Part shown: one piece after another, positions 42,275 through 55,769 of the stretch | How positions within the stretch are numbered: the stretch's first letter is position 1 | How the letters are laid out: each line of letters opens with the position of its first letter | DNA from: the human T2T-CHM13v2.0 reference genome, Homo sapiens | Strand: one strand, 5' to 3' | NCBI RefSeq assembly: GCF_009914755.1 | Contig: NC_060932.1 | Length of the DNA stretch: 64,000 nt | The notes under the pieces: generated by a model | The model's input: only the letters and a program-made list of their open reading frames with translations | The model's database searches: none | What the model was told of the DNA's origin: nothing | Program-made: the position numbers and the translations under genes

Positions 42275-43057
42275 TCATACAAGAAGGTAATGGGATGGGG
42301 AAATTCAGGTCTTCACTTCGATTTATTTCCAGTTCCATTGGGAAGAGAAGCTGATTAAATCAATGCTTGGAAGAGTACATCTACATCTCTTACTCTAAAA
42401 ATTAACTAGCACCTCTCCTTTCCTTCTAAGAACTAATGCATCCATTTAAGCAAATGAAGATCAATGTTAGCAATGCAATTTGCTGCAACAGAAAAACGTA
42501 CAAAGATTCCTTGAGCTACACAAGAAAACAATCATTTGTCTTAGCCCCTCTACCAACCCTGGAAGCTGACTCATCTGCAGAAGATGGATCATTCTCACCC
42601 CCTCAGAATACAAATGCAAACCTTTCAGTTACTCTTAGTATGTTTGAAGTGGCATAAATTCAACTTCATTTTTACCAGTAAATATAATATATTGCTATCA
42701 TTGCAGGGGAACTCAGTGGGAATAATTTTTCCTTCTATTTTAATATTTTATTATTTTTTAGTGTTGGTAGGTTTTTTCTGGACAAAGGAAACTTTGAATA
42801 GATACTAAACATGGATTAAGTTGGAAAATATTTCAGACTCCTAAAACCAAAACAAGCAGCAACTGCAAATCACATTTGTATGATTTGTATTTGTATTGCT
42901 GTCTCTTCTTCTATGTCCAAAGCACCTAATATTGTTGTCACATTAAAAATAATAATACAATCATATATTACATGAAATAATATAATACCATAATTTGGTA
43001 GATTTTAAAAATATAGATATCCCAAGTTCCACAGCTTTCTTTTATTATCCAAATAAA

Positions 43058-43517
43058 ATGGCTGGTTACTCTCCATGACAACTTCTTGCCCCCAAATCCA
43101 TCGTCTTTCTTGATGTCCTGAGAGACTGACCTCTGTGGGCTTCATTAACCAGTCTTGCTTGTCCTCTGACTTCTATTTGGTGCAGACATTAGGACCATAG
43201 GCAGAAGAACAAATGTGGAAAAAAAGAGGTCTCGGTGGTTATTTTAACTGTCCTGCCCAACTAGGTTCCTCTCTGCTCTTGGCTGCACAGAGCCACAAGT
43301 GTTAGCAGTGGGGCAGAGTGGAGAGTCTTCCCTGACTGCAGCTTTCATCAGCCCCTGTTGATGCATCTCCCTCTCCAGCCTCCCATGCTTGGGGTGCTGA
43401 TGGCTCCCCACTGTCACTAGTCCCTGACATCATCCCCATCGTGGTTGGTTACATAACCTGGGTCACACCTCTACTCCAGCATTCCATCCATTTCCTGCCA
43501 GGACCTTGCCCGATATA
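43058..43517 (+). mobile_element. LTR33-like (ERVL) LTR
   Basis: gagagactgacctctgtgggcttcat...cttgtcctctgacttc...tttcctgccaggaccttgcccgatata resembles LTR33. Confidence 0.6.
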
Positions 43518-44081
43518 GCCCCATCCTACAGACGGAGAGAAGCCAGCATTCCCCAGGGGACTTCTGAAAATTCCAGAAGAGAAGCAGAATTACATTCTGC
43601 TGTCACAGTTTGTCTGGATTCCCTCACCTAGATTAATTCTCAGACACTCCATTCACCATGACACCTCCTGGGGATGTTTCTTTTTCCACCTACTCCTTGG
43701 GAGGAGCCCTTCCTAGCTCCCTCATTTGTCAGTAACATTTTACTGAAGGCTTTAGAAACATGGAGGAGAACTCTTATTTGGAGCAAAACAGGAAATATCT
43801 TAAAATTAATTTTAGACATGATGCAATTCCTCAGCTGAATTTCTTCAGCCACCCACCCAAACCATAGTGAATTTCTCTCTGGAAGGCTTTCTCTGTAATC
43901 CTTAACAGCTGCCATGACGCTGGACACTCTCTCTCACCCCAAAGTCTTGTCCCACTGCCCCCGTATCTTTACTGCCTCTAACTGCTGCCTCTCCTCCCAA
44001 GAGTTACTCCGTCATGCACCCTATTATTGCTCTGTTTTGGTCTGAATCTAATCCTTACAGACCATGCCCAAGGGTCTATCC

Positions 44082-44719
44082 CAGGGGTTGGTTCACCCCA
44101 GCTCTGTGGGTCCAATCCACCTGTGTTTGTAAATAAAGTTTTATTGGAACACAGTCACACTCATTATCCACGACAGTTTGGTGCCACTGCAGAGTTGAGC
44201 AGAGTTGAGCCTTGAACAACATAGGTTTGAACTGCATAGGTTCACTTATACTTGGACTTTCTTTCATCTCTGCCACCCCAATGCAGCAACACCAACCCCT
44301 CTTCTTCCTCCTCCTCCTCAGCCTACTCAACATGAAGATGATGAGGATGAAGACCTGTATGATGATCTACTTTCATTTAATGATAGTAAATATATTTTCT
44401 CTTCCGTATGATTTTCTTAATAACATTTTTTTCTCTAGCTTACTTCATTGTAAAAATACAGTACATAATATATATATAACATACATAATATATGTTAATT
44501 GATTATGCTATTGGTAAGACTTTGGTCAACAGTAGGGTATTAGTGGTTAAGTGAGTACAGAGTCAAAAGTTATATGTGAATTTTCAATAGCGCAGAGATT
44601 GCTGCCCCAAGCCCCGTGTTGTTCAAGGGTCAACTGTGGTTGCAACAGAGATCTTATAACCCACAAAGCCTAAAATATTTACTCTTTGGCTCTTTACAGA
44701 AAAAATTTACCTACCCCAG
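44082..44719. mobile_element. MER58A split by Tigger2a
   Basis: caggggttgg...tttgtaaataaagttttattggaacacagtcacactcatt...gcagagttgag | gttgcaacagagatc...aaagcctaaaatatttactctttggctctttacagaaaaa. Confidence 0.88.
44202..44636. mobile_element. Tigger2a (TcMar-Tigger), full length
   Basis: TIRs gagttgagccttgaacaac and gttgttcaagggtcaactg; internal ctcagcctactcaacatgaagatgatgaggatgaagacc; TA target decayed to CA/TG. Confidence 0.9.
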
Positions 44720-45277
44720 CTTTAGCTTTTCACATCTAAATAAACCAAGTGGTCATTTTTCTAAATAAAAGTTACAGTCTTTCCTTAAGATTAACTGTGC
44801 CGTTTACTATGATATCAAGATGAATAGACAGGCAGCTTTCAAAATAATGATTTCTTTCCGTTATTCAGTATAATAAACATTCAGTATTACTGGACATGGG
44901 AGAAATGGCATTTCCTATATTCAGGCTATAGACTGAAACCATGTTTCCAGGGACAGTTTAATCATCTTGAAAATGTGCATGGTGTTTAGTCCATTCATGC
45001 AACTTTAATTAATTTATCCTAAGGAAATCAGTAAGTATTGAACAAGGATTCAGTCAGTCACAAGGATGTCATCATGAATAGTTTGTAATAGGGAGCAACA
45101 TGCACAGCAACAACTGTTGTAGATCTAGGCACGGAATACTCGGAAGCAATGAATTGTTTTTTCAGAGAAAAATGTCCATGGTGTATTTTTAAGTAAAAAA
45201 GAAAAAAAAAGGCAGGTTAAAATACAGAATATATCACATGGTCTTATTTATTATTTTTGTTTAAATAGGCATACCCC

Positions 45278-45971
45278 ATATACACCATGGAATACTATGC
45301 AGCCATAAAAAAGAATGAGATCATGTCCCTTGCAGGGACATGGATGGAGTTGAAGGCCATTATCCTTAGCAAATTAATGCAGGAACAGAAAACCAAATAC
45401 CACATGTTCTCACTTATTTATTGATTTATTTTTAAGACAGGGTCTTGGTCTGTCGCCCAGGCTGGAGTGCAGTGGCACAATCTTGGCTAGTTGTAACCAC
45501 CATCTCCAGGGTTCAAGCGACTCTCATACCTCAGCCTCCTGAGTAGCTAGGACTACAGGCGTGCACCACCATGCCCGGCTCATTTTTGTATTTTTAGTAG
45601 AGATGGGGTTTTGCCATGTTGGCCAAGGTGGTCTCAAACTCCTGACCTCTATTGATCCGCCTGCCTCAGCCTCCGAAAGTGCGAGGATTACAGGCATGAG
45701 CCATCACACCAGGTCCATGTTCTCACTTATAAATGGGAACTAAATGATGAGAACACATGGACACATAGAGGAGAACAGCACATACTGGGGCCTTTCAGAG
45801 GGTGGAGAGTGGGAGGAAGGAGAGGATCAGAAAAAATAACTAATGGTTACTAGGCTTAATACCTGGGTGAAGAAATCTGTACAACAAATCACCATGACAC
45901 AAGTTTACCTATATAACAAACCTGCACATGCACTCATGAACTTAACATAAATTTCAAATTAAAATATAAAA
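45278..45971 (+). mobile_element. L1PB/L1PA-old 3' end, split by an Alu
   Basis: catatacaccatggaatactatgcagccataaaaaagaatgag...aacaaacctgcacatg; flanked by aaataggca(t/a)accc (TSD). Confidence 0.92.
45418..45715 (-). mobile_element. Alu (J/S), nested in L1
   Basis: 15-bp TSD catgttctcacttat at 45403-45417 and 45716-45730. Confidence 0.95.
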
Positions 45972-48242
45972 AAATAGGCAAACCCATACACACATATGTA
46001 TATACACACAAAATAGTCTAGAACAATGTACTAATTTTTAAACATGGTTGTCTCTGGGTAGATATAAAATTATTATTTTTCTTCTTTCTTTCTTTACTCT
46101 TTCGCCATAGAAAAGATATATTATGCATTGCTAGTTATTTTCTGTGTGATGAGCTCTTGAATGGACTTGTTTGCCAGAGTTTAAGTGTTTGATGCCTGCT
46201 AAAGAATAACTGTTTGCTTTTCTAAATAACTCAAACTTTTCACTTCCCTTTCTCTTGTGCAACCAGGCATCCTCTCAGATAAATTAGTTTGACTCTACTC
46301 AAATAAGCTCTGTTGTGGCAACAGTGGACATCCTGTCCATTCTACTCATGGTAAAGTCTCCTGTATCCTCTGTATTAGATCAGGAAGTTGTTTGTTTTGG
46401 AGTGGGTTTTTTTTCCTCCCTCCTTTTTAACTTGTTCTAAATATATATCTATCCACATAAATAGAGATGACAAAATATAAAAAATTTGGTCGTCATCCTT
46501 CCGTAGTCTGGGAACTGCAGTGTGGAAATTCAATACAAAGGATCTGTTTTCTGAAGCATCTGGCTCACGCAGGAATTGTAAAGACTAGAGGGAAAGGGAT
46601 GGTGAAGTGATTTGCTGTCTGGAAAAGTCAGATTCATGGATCAGGGGGACTTTGACTTCACAGGACCCATAATACAGTACATAACATACAAAATATGTAT
46701 GTTATAAAGCTGCCCATAGAAGAAGAAATGTGTAAGCCCTTCAATTTACTATGAACCTTCAAGGCAGATAATTCCAAAGGAAAATAAAAAATGGAAATTT
46801 CTTCTAGGGGTTATGCTGTTAATGCTTCATTACCCAGCAAAAGACTAGAATGGCACTAAAGACATATCCTTGTTTTATTGTGTAGGGCAGCATTCTAGTT
46901 TCATTAAACATGGCATAGTAAGAAATAGCCCAGGCATTGCAGCCAGGCAGACTCAAGCATTTAAGTCCCTGGCCATGCAACTTCACAGCTGTGGGACTTC
47001 CAGTAAGTCATTTGCACTTGTCTGAGTCTAAATTTTTCTCTTCTACAAATTATAGGAAGAATACTACCAACCTTGTAGTGATTTTTGTTATTGTTACTGA
47101 TTATACAGGCAACGGGTAGTATGACACCTGGCACCCAATAAGAACATAATACAAGTGAATCAGTAATCATATAAATCTAAATTATAAAAAATTATAATGA
47201 CTTATAACAGTGGTTATAATAATAATCTTCTAGTTTGCCTGATTTTTCAAAATTGAATCAAAGGAAAGCCTGGAAAAGAACGAGAAGACGTCCTTCAACA
47301 GATTAGTTAGGAGGTCTCGGCTGTAGCCTATTTCTAGCTAGTTCTTCCAAAGACCCGTTTTCTCCAATTTTTAAAATTTGCTTGGGCAAACCACTGATTG
47401 CAGGAGGTAGTAAAAAGGAAAGGGAAAGCATTCTCTTTCTTCTGTACATGTTTGCAGAATCTAGTTGTGGCCAAGGCTAAATCTTAAATTATTCCTTTCA
47501 CTGTACACTAGCAGTTGGCCAAACTGCTTACTGAAAAGTCAACTTATTTTAAGGAGGCTACTTAAATATATTGATTTTTCCATGTCTAGAAGTTGGATCA
47601 ATATACTCTGCATAAACCACTACAGCCTCTCTATGTATCTACGTGATGTATCTTATTCTATTTTTTTCTGGTAGTATCTTGTGGCTGTCTGTATGCTGTG
47701 AAGAGGCCCTCTCTTGTGGTTGCCTGTTGAGTTTTTTGGTTATTGAGAAAGTCTTATGAACAACTGTTGATAAAGGTTTGCAAAAAAGGAAACTGAAACA
47801 GACTCAGGGGAAGTTAGAAGCCAAATATCTTTCTTGTCTTTACATTTCCGCTGCAAGTCTAGGTGTGGCTCAGCAACTGCAATATGTGGGTTGGCTTGAA
47901 ACATTAGTACGGAAAGGTCTGTGCTGCTCTTGGAATTCCTGTCTGCTAATTCCTGTGAACTTACCTAACTCCTCATGAGTCTAGATTCTGTTTCTTTTTC
48001 AGGTGCAAAAACTGTCCAAGTCTTTGACTCAAAGCCATAACATGGTTCTTTCTAAGTTTTAAAGTTTTTGCTTTATAAACCTCTAGCAATCACAGAACAT
48101 GAACAGAAATTTCCACCTGCAAATTTTTAGTCATATAGCCCAATTATTTTAATTATTAAGAAGTACTAAGAAAGCTTGGTTGAGCTTGCAAGGCCAGCCC
48201 TTCCTGTCAGAGACAAATTATTCAATTACTAAAGTGAATAAT

Positions 48243-48314
48243 CCCTCCCTCCCTCCCTCCTTCCCTCCGTCCCTCCTTCCCTCCCTCCCTTCCTTCCTTC
48301 ATTCATTCCTTCCT
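48243..48314 (+). repeat. (CCCT/CCTT)n low-complexity tract
   Basis: Polypyrimidine run seen directly. Confidence 0.9.
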
Positions 48315-50544
48315 TTTCACCATTGCCCGCTTCCTTTACTTATTCCCTTAAACCTTTGTATCTCCAGCACCCTGTGCCCAGGGTCTGGTGATAGCAAAAG
48401 CTCAACAAGTATCTTGAATTAGTGTATTTATACAATTAATCATTTTATGGAGAGTGTCTACAATGTGAAATGAATTGCTGAGCTCCTAACTGCCCCAACA
48501 CCGATTGATTTGCCTGAAATTCCTTCATTGGTGATTTATTTGTTGAACTGGTTTCTCTAGGTTTCACCTTATGTTGATAACACACAAAATTCTTATCATT
48601 CATCAAAATCAAATTTGTCTTTTCATATTCACTGTCTCTTAAATCGCTGTCCTCAGATGCAGGTCACTGTGCTCTGACTTGTAATAATGTTGCCAATACA
48701 GTTTGTAAAGGGACCTCTGACTCTTGGGAGAAAGATGCTGCCGAAAAGGGAATTGATTATAAAATAATTGAATACACTGGGGTGTATCTGGCCTTCTGTT
48801 TAAATGAAATTGACTCACCAAGGGTCATGAATGCTCATTTGTTCAGAGAAGAAGGATGCTGAGAGATAAGAAAGAGAAGAGGAAGGGACATTTCCATCTA
48901 TCATGAGGTGTCAGGTGGAAAATGAAAGGCTGGCTTCCCTCTTCCAAGCAGAATCAGCTTTATGCATTAGGAAGGAATTTAAGTATGGGGAAAAGCTCCT
49001 GCAGAATCTAAAAGAATCCCCCTTCCCCAAGCTACCCCCCATCTGGATATATTACAATTCAGATGTTGAAAACACATACAATCAGCCTGCTACTTAACTA
49101 TTATGACGTTGTCTTCTAAGAAGCAGAAAAATCCTATTATCTATGGCTAAAGGATTCCATCTAATAACTGACCTATGATCACCCACTGTCAGCTTTAGAG
49201 AACAAGGTATCAAGGAACAGAGAGTCACAGAATGGAGAAGTTCTGATGGAGGAGAGATGATGAAGTGAGATTCAGTGCTTAAGTAAAAAGTGGAGTGAGG
49301 ACGCTAAGTTATCTCAGGAGAGGGAAGAAGGGGGAGTAAATGTGAAAAGACAAACTGAATTTTGATGGAAATCTGATATGTGATGGATGTTGTCCACATT
49401 AAGATGACACCTAAAAAAACTATGCAAGGATATTAATTACTAAGGAAGGAATTTCTGACACGACAACTGGGTAGAGGATATCCTTTCAGACAGGAGGGTT
49501 TTGTGAAGGCTCTGAAGTTACTTATTCTATGTGTCTATTCCTACTTCTTTTTATTACTGCACATTCAAATAGCCATACGAATTAAATCTTAAAGGATACT
49601 TTTTTTTTGTGCAAGAAATCTGTCCCCATGATCATTTCTGCACCTGCTATGGTGACAATATTGTTATTGGCACTGGAAGTAAATGTCTGGTCTTACAACT
49701 GGCCCCCAATTTTTCTTTACCCATAAGCATTTGACTTATGTTGAAAGCTTCCTTCTAATGAACTATTATATATACATTTATATATAGAAATTCCTGACCA
49801 CCAGCTCCATCACTTACTAGTTATATCTTCTCGAGTCACCTACTTAACCTCTATAGGCTTCCATTTATTTCTCTGCAAAATGGTGATAACAATAGTATGA
49901 GGTTTAAATGAAAAAAAATATGCAAGGACTGAGTACAGTGTCTGCACACAATGGGTGCCCAATAAATAGCAGTCATTATGATCAGGTCGCTTTTTCAACC
50001 CATTCTCACTTGTTCATCTTGTTCTGGCTGAAAGCAGTTAATGGAAAATGGTGCAACTCAGCACACAGCTCAGCATGTCATTTAAAATGTTGTAGACGAT
50101 CTTGGCATTATAACCTGCTGCCAGTTGTTAGTGATCGTCTTATTTTTCTTCTTGCCCATAAACCTCTCCCAAACACTGGTTTGTCTCATTAAAAATGACA
50201 TACACAGTGAGAAGAGAAGAACATCAAATTGAGAGAGATAATTAGCAAGAGCCAAGCCTAAGAGAAGGGCAGGTGTATGTGGTTCATTAGGCCAAAAGGG
50301 AATGAAAATCCAATTGGATCTCAGATCAGGCACCTTGGCTAAGTTAAAGCTCACAGAAATGCTGAAGTTAGCACATTATAATATATCTGTGTATATGTAT
50401 ATATGCATATATCATATATATTGTTTCATACCTATTATATATGTAATATTTAAAAAATCACATTTTTGTGTCTTAGCACATGAACATCAATTTCCTCTTC
50501 AGTAAAGTGAGAATAACTTCCCTGACCACCCTCATAAGAATTTG

Positions 50545-51134
50545 ATCCATCAATCTCATTATTGAGTATATATCTAAAGGAAAATCAATCATTCTAGGAA
50601 AAAGACACACTCACAACTATGTTCATTGTAGCACCATTCACAGTAACAAAGAAATGAAATCAACCTAGAAACTCATCAATGGAAAACTGGACAAGAAAAC
50701 TGTGATACAATGTTATTCCATACACACTACAGAATACTACACAGCCATAAAAAAGAATGAAATCATGTTCTTTGTAGCAACATGGATGCAGCTGGAGGCC
50801 ATTATCCTAAGTTAATTAGGATATCCTAAGTTAATTAATGCAGGAACAGAAAACCAAATACCACAAGTTCTCACTTATAAGAGGGAGCTAAACACTGAGC
50901 ACACATGGACATAAGTAAAGGAACAATAGGCACAGGGGCCTACTTGAGGATGGAGGGTGGGAGGAGGGTGAGGATTGGTAAACTACCTATTGGGTACTAT
51001 ACTCGCTACCTGGGTAATGAAATAATTTGTACACCAAACCCCAGCAACATGCAATTTACCCATGTAACAAACCTGGATATGCACTCCCTGAGCCTAAAAC
51101 AAAAGCTGGAAGAAAAAAAAAAAAAAAAAAAAAA
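50545..51134 (+). mobile_element. L1MA/L1PB 3' end with long poly-A
   Basis: tgatccatcaatctcatt...acagccataaaaaagaatgaaatcatg...aaactacctattgggtactat...caatttacccatgtaacaaacctg, then an A run of about 22 nt. Confidence 0.92.
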
Positions 51135-52365
51135 GACTTGTTTTTACTGGAAAAGAAGCAATATGTGCTCCTTTCCAAGATTTTCCTTGGGGTTGCTAAG
51201 CCTGATGGCACAGGGTGTTTCAGAGGCCCTGGAGGAACATCACAGTTGGGCCATCACAGGCAGTTTGGGCATAGAAATCACCTGTGTCAATCCTGAGGCA
51301 CCACATTAAACTACTGTTTGAAACTCATATAATACACACCAAGGAAAAATGGTTAAGTGTATCAGACCAGTCCACCCACATGCTAGGTTCCTTCCAGCAT
51401 CATGCCTTCAAGATGGTTTGAAACATGGTAATGATATAATTGCGTAACTTTAAAAAGTTCTTCCTTTATGCTGTCTTTGGTCTTCCAATGCCCACTCCAC
51501 CTCCCAGACTTGTAACCCCATCTCTTTACTCCACCAACAAAATCCAATCTCCAGTTCAAGTCCTTCACCTTCTCTGAAAAATCTACGCTAAATCCTCCTC
51601 TTAAGACCTGCCCTATTTCTCAATAGCACTACTGTGTAGCTCCAAACTGTCAAATAATCCCATGTGTATAATCTTGTCACCTCAACAAAATGGGAAGTTC
51701 CCTGAGGGCAGGAACAGAACTTCGGTCCCACAGTGCTTGGTACATTTTCCCTGTGAACAGTAAGGGGAGAATAAGCAAGGCAGAGAGTAGCAGCAGATAA
51801 GATCAGAGAAGCATCAGGTGTGTGCGGTCAGCAGAACAACGATCAGATCAAATTCTTCTGGGAAGCAAATAAATGCATACTAGAGGGACTTTAATGATGA
51901 AACAAGCCACACATTTAACATTTTAACCAGTGGATCCACACATGTGTCTTATCTTATGCCTTAGATATGTGCCTAAAAATTTGTGTATACAATGAATTTT
52001 TCCTAATCAAGCTGAAATATCAAAAGATAGGAGCGAATTATTCTATCAAGGAAACCCTGTGACTGATCCTGCAATCATAGATACATTCATTCTAATTTGT
52101 CTCATCAATCTAAATTTGGGAGTATGATGCCTACTTACATCAGGGACTAAAGTTTGTAAACTAATACCATGGATAAAAGAAATTTCCCAAAGTCTTCTAC
52201 TTCTGGCCTGCTGATAGTAACTCACTTTCTATTTGAAACTATAAATACATGGCCAGAGGCTGCATCACAGAGAATAGAACCTGAAAAATTATCTCACTCT
52301 CACTCAGGTCCTGATGGAATCATATGGGGGAATAGTTAAGAAATATAGTTAAGAAATAAAGTTCT

Positions 52366-52632
52366 CCCAGCACTTTAGGAGACTGAGGCAGGTGGATTGC
52401 TTGAGTCCAGGAGTTGGAGACCAGCCTGGGCAACATGGTGAAAACAAGTGTCTACAAAAAAAATCAAGAAAAACATTAGCTGGGTGTGGTGGTGTATGCC
52501 TGTAGTACCAGCTCCTGGGGAGGCTGAGGTAGGAGAATTGCTTGAGCTATAGTGAGCTGTGATTGTGCCACTGCACTCCAACCTGGGCAACAGAGTGAGA
52601 CCCTGTATCAAAAAAGAAAGAAGAAGAAGAAA
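52366..52632 (+). mobile_element. AluJ, 5'-truncated with right-arm deletion
   Basis: Starts cccagcactttagg; TSD-like aagaaat(aa/ct)agttct at 52351-52365 and 52633-52647. Confidence 0.9.
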
Positions 52633-53267
52633 AAGAAATCTAGTTCTGGGATTGAGATTCCTTGTCTAAGTCTCAATTTTCTTATCCCTAAAGTGGGGAT
52701 AAGAATTGTTCCAAATTCAGAGGGTGATTCTGAAGATTAAATGACATCATGCATGTGAAGTGTAGATGTAGAGAGTATATGAAGGCAAAGCGAATGTGTA
52801 ATAAATGTTACTCACTATTATCATGAGAAAAGCAATGGGAGAAGCTGGTTTGAAGGCCAGTCCTTCAGTGTACTGTCTGTGCCCAGGGCACAAACAAGAT
52901 CATAAGCAAAGGCTACAGAAAGGTACATGAGTTTAAGAATTCAATTACTACTTTCCTTCCCTAATATTAGGCTGGGAACTTGCATCATTTAATACATTAT
53001 GGACTGTAGAGTTGTAAATGAGGAGGAAAAGACGACAAGCAAGATTATGAGTCAGCAGGAACATTTAAAAAAGACACAATTTTGACTTGCACATGGAAGA
53101 AACTGGTATAATAAAAGATGCTCCAGTGAAATACAAGCAACCTTTGTATCCGAGGCAATGGTGTTGGTTCTCATGTCACCCAGTGTGGTTGCAGTGGCCT
53201 TCACACAGTAGTGACACAGTGGCCTTGACACAGTGCGTAAATGTTGAGTCTAAGCTATGCTGTGGTG

Positions 53268-53268
<1 letters not shown>

Positions 53269-53314
<46 letters not shown>

Positions 53315-53343
53315 CGAGAGAGAGAGAAGAAAGAGAGAGAGAG
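53269..53343 (+). repeat. Compound (TG)15(AG)n microsatellite
   Basis: 15 TG units at 53269-53298 directly followed by an interrupted AG run. Confidence 0.97.
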
Positions 53344-53778
53344 GGTTCCATCCAAGGGGATTATAAAAAGAAAAGGTAGGACAATATCCTGCCCTAGAGC
53401 ACTTATGTTCTGGGTGTAGATTGAACTAAACACTAACATAATAAGGCAATAGCTATCAGAACAATAAATGGTAAGGGCCAAGTGAGTGGTATTAACAGAA
53501 GTGGCTTGGGGATTTCAGAGGAGGAGGGTGTGCCATGGGCTGTCATGATCAGGGAGAGCCAAACTATATTGGGCTGGATGCTTAGCTCTGGAGGTTATGG
53601 TAGACAGGTCCATCTGGGACCACAAACTAAATATTTATGTGAAGTACATTTGAGTTCAATGTGAAAAGGGGCAATTTAATGAACAGACTGTCAAAAAAGG
53701 AAACTCATAAGACGAGGAACTTCCCATCTTAAAAGTCTTCTGTCACTAGAAAACAATAATAAAAATAACAATTATAAT

Positions 53779-53930
53779 AGTAGTAGTGGTGGTGGTGGTA
53801 GTGATACCAGGAACTATGCCAAATGCATTTTCTCACCTATTACTTACGCTAACTCTATGAGGTAATAAAGGTAACAACAGGTAACACATAGTAAGTACTA
53901 TGTTCCAAGTTATGTTCTAATAGCTTTACA
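53779..53930 (+). repeat. Local direct duplication C, inferred donor (partner 56104-56262)
   Basis: Shared blocks gtgataccaggaac, aaatgcatt, gctaac.ctatga.gtaataaa.gtaa, gtaacacata, tactatgttcca, taatagctttaca. Confidence 0.85.
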
Positions 53931-54135
53931 GACATAACTTCATTTAATTCTCCCAACAACCAATAACTGGAAGAAATAGTGCTATTATAACCCCCATTTG
54001 CCAGATAAAGGATAAGAAGTCTCGAAGATGGTAAATAAGTCAACCAAGGTCACATTGTTGAGCTGAATTCCAGCAAGTGGTTGAGCTAGAATTCAAACCA
54101 AGGTCAATACAGCTCCAGGGTCTGTACTCTTAAGA
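53870..54135 (-). mobile_element. MIR SINE
   Basis: tcatttaattctcccaacaac...ccccatttgccagataagga...ccaaggtcaca...gagctagaattcaaacca. Confidence 0.75.
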
Positions 54136-55769
54136 TCAACGGTGCATCATCTCCATGGATTGCTATCTTTCAGAGGTACTGTGAAAGAGATGCCTACATT
54201 GGAGCATTCTGGACAAGATGACCTTCCCTTCTGTGAACCATAATGAGCATATCCAACATAGTCAATCTCTACCCTTCTACCTCCAACATCATTTTCTCTT
54301 TCCTTATTTGTTTTAATTTTTAATACACTTAATACAACTGACATTAAAGCATCTATTTATATTTGTTGTCTGTTTCTTACACTGGAATGTACATTCCATG
54401 AGGCCAGGGACTTGGTCTTGTTTACATCTGTATCAATGCCTAAAATAGCAATTTTTTTCAATGGATGGATGGACAGGTGTAAAGCGATGGATGGACAGCT
54501 AAGGTGGTAAAGATGGGTAGGATTTAGTTTGATGCAGGACACTCACTGGGGTAACGATGTGATAAAATATTCAGAAGTGCTTATTCACAGAGTGGGCTTT
54601 GGGAGGGGGAATTAACCTGATCTGGATGGGTAGAAGGTGAGTACAACAGAGTAAGGAAAAGTAGACTACAGCCAAAATTTGGGGAACCTCAAATGCCAAG
54701 ACATTTAGCCAGAGTAAGAATATAAAAACTATGTTTCTTCAATGGAGTTGAATGAGTTGAGCTACCACTTGCAGTAAAGCCCCCAGAGAAGAGTCATCTC
54801 TGCCTTTATACCCTCTAATAGCTGACCTGGATGGAATTAACGTTCTAATTCCCTAGCTTGGGATAATGGGGCTTTTTATATCCCTCAAGACAATTGGCTT
54901 AAAACTGGAGGTAGAAAACAAGAGAAAAGCCACTGCTACATTCCCAGTGGCCTAAGTGCTGGGATTGACATCTGAGGCTTGCAAGAAAAAGAAATTGAAG
55001 TCCCAAGGTCCAATTTTTGCCCATGTGGTCAAGTCACCTCTTCATGCTGGCTTTGCCAGGATAGGAAGAACCTGATCTTTTGCTCCATGGGCATGGGATG
55101 GAATATAAATTCTCTAACCACATTTTCCTTTCCTTTGGGGTGCCAGGAATTGATATAAGAATAATAATGACAGTAACCACAGTTACTGTTTATTGTACAT
55201 CTACTATACGCCAGGCCTTGGGCTAAGGACTGTGCATAACTAATCCCTAATCCTTACAACAACACTGAAAGAGGCTGAGTCAATTTCTCAAGGTCATACT
55301 TTTACTCAGTAGGAGAGACACATGAATCAAAACAGATCTATCGGGTTTCCCAAACCTGTTTGCTGCTGAAAGGACTGCATTCCTACATGATACTGGGTGA
55401 TTGGTCTGCAGTAACCAGGCCAGCTGAGCAATGATTAAGGGGAACTCTGTGGACTAAAGCAGGGTGAGAGATGGCAAGGTGATTACAGAGGTTAAAGAAA
55501 AGGAGGAAATAAGAAGTCTACAAGGGTCCTGTTAGAGCTGAAAACTGGAATAAAAGGTAACTCAGAGACAGGAGACCTGGGTCAGTAGAATGTTGTAATG
55601 TGCCAAGTAGTCAGACATGACAGCTGCATTTAAACATCTGAAAGGTCACAAATGAGAAAGAACTGATTCATTTCGTGTTTCAGGAGAAGATCAAAGTAGG
55701 AAGCACGAGTATTCAGTTTAAATTTATGAAAGCACTCCTAATCACCCCAGATGTCTCTAGCAGTTTCTA

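Noticed and set aside
44205-44411. ORF with poly-Pro and acidic run (HEDDEDEDLYDD)
   Set aside because: Internal sequence of the Tigger2a element.
50905-51309. 134-aa ORF with poly-Lys
   Set aside because: Reads through an L1 3' UTR and its poly-A tail.
53192-53255. CACAGTG heptamers (V(D)J RSS-like) in an 18-bp imperfect tandem repeat
   Set aside because: No ACAAAAACC-like nonamer at 12- or 23-bp spacing.
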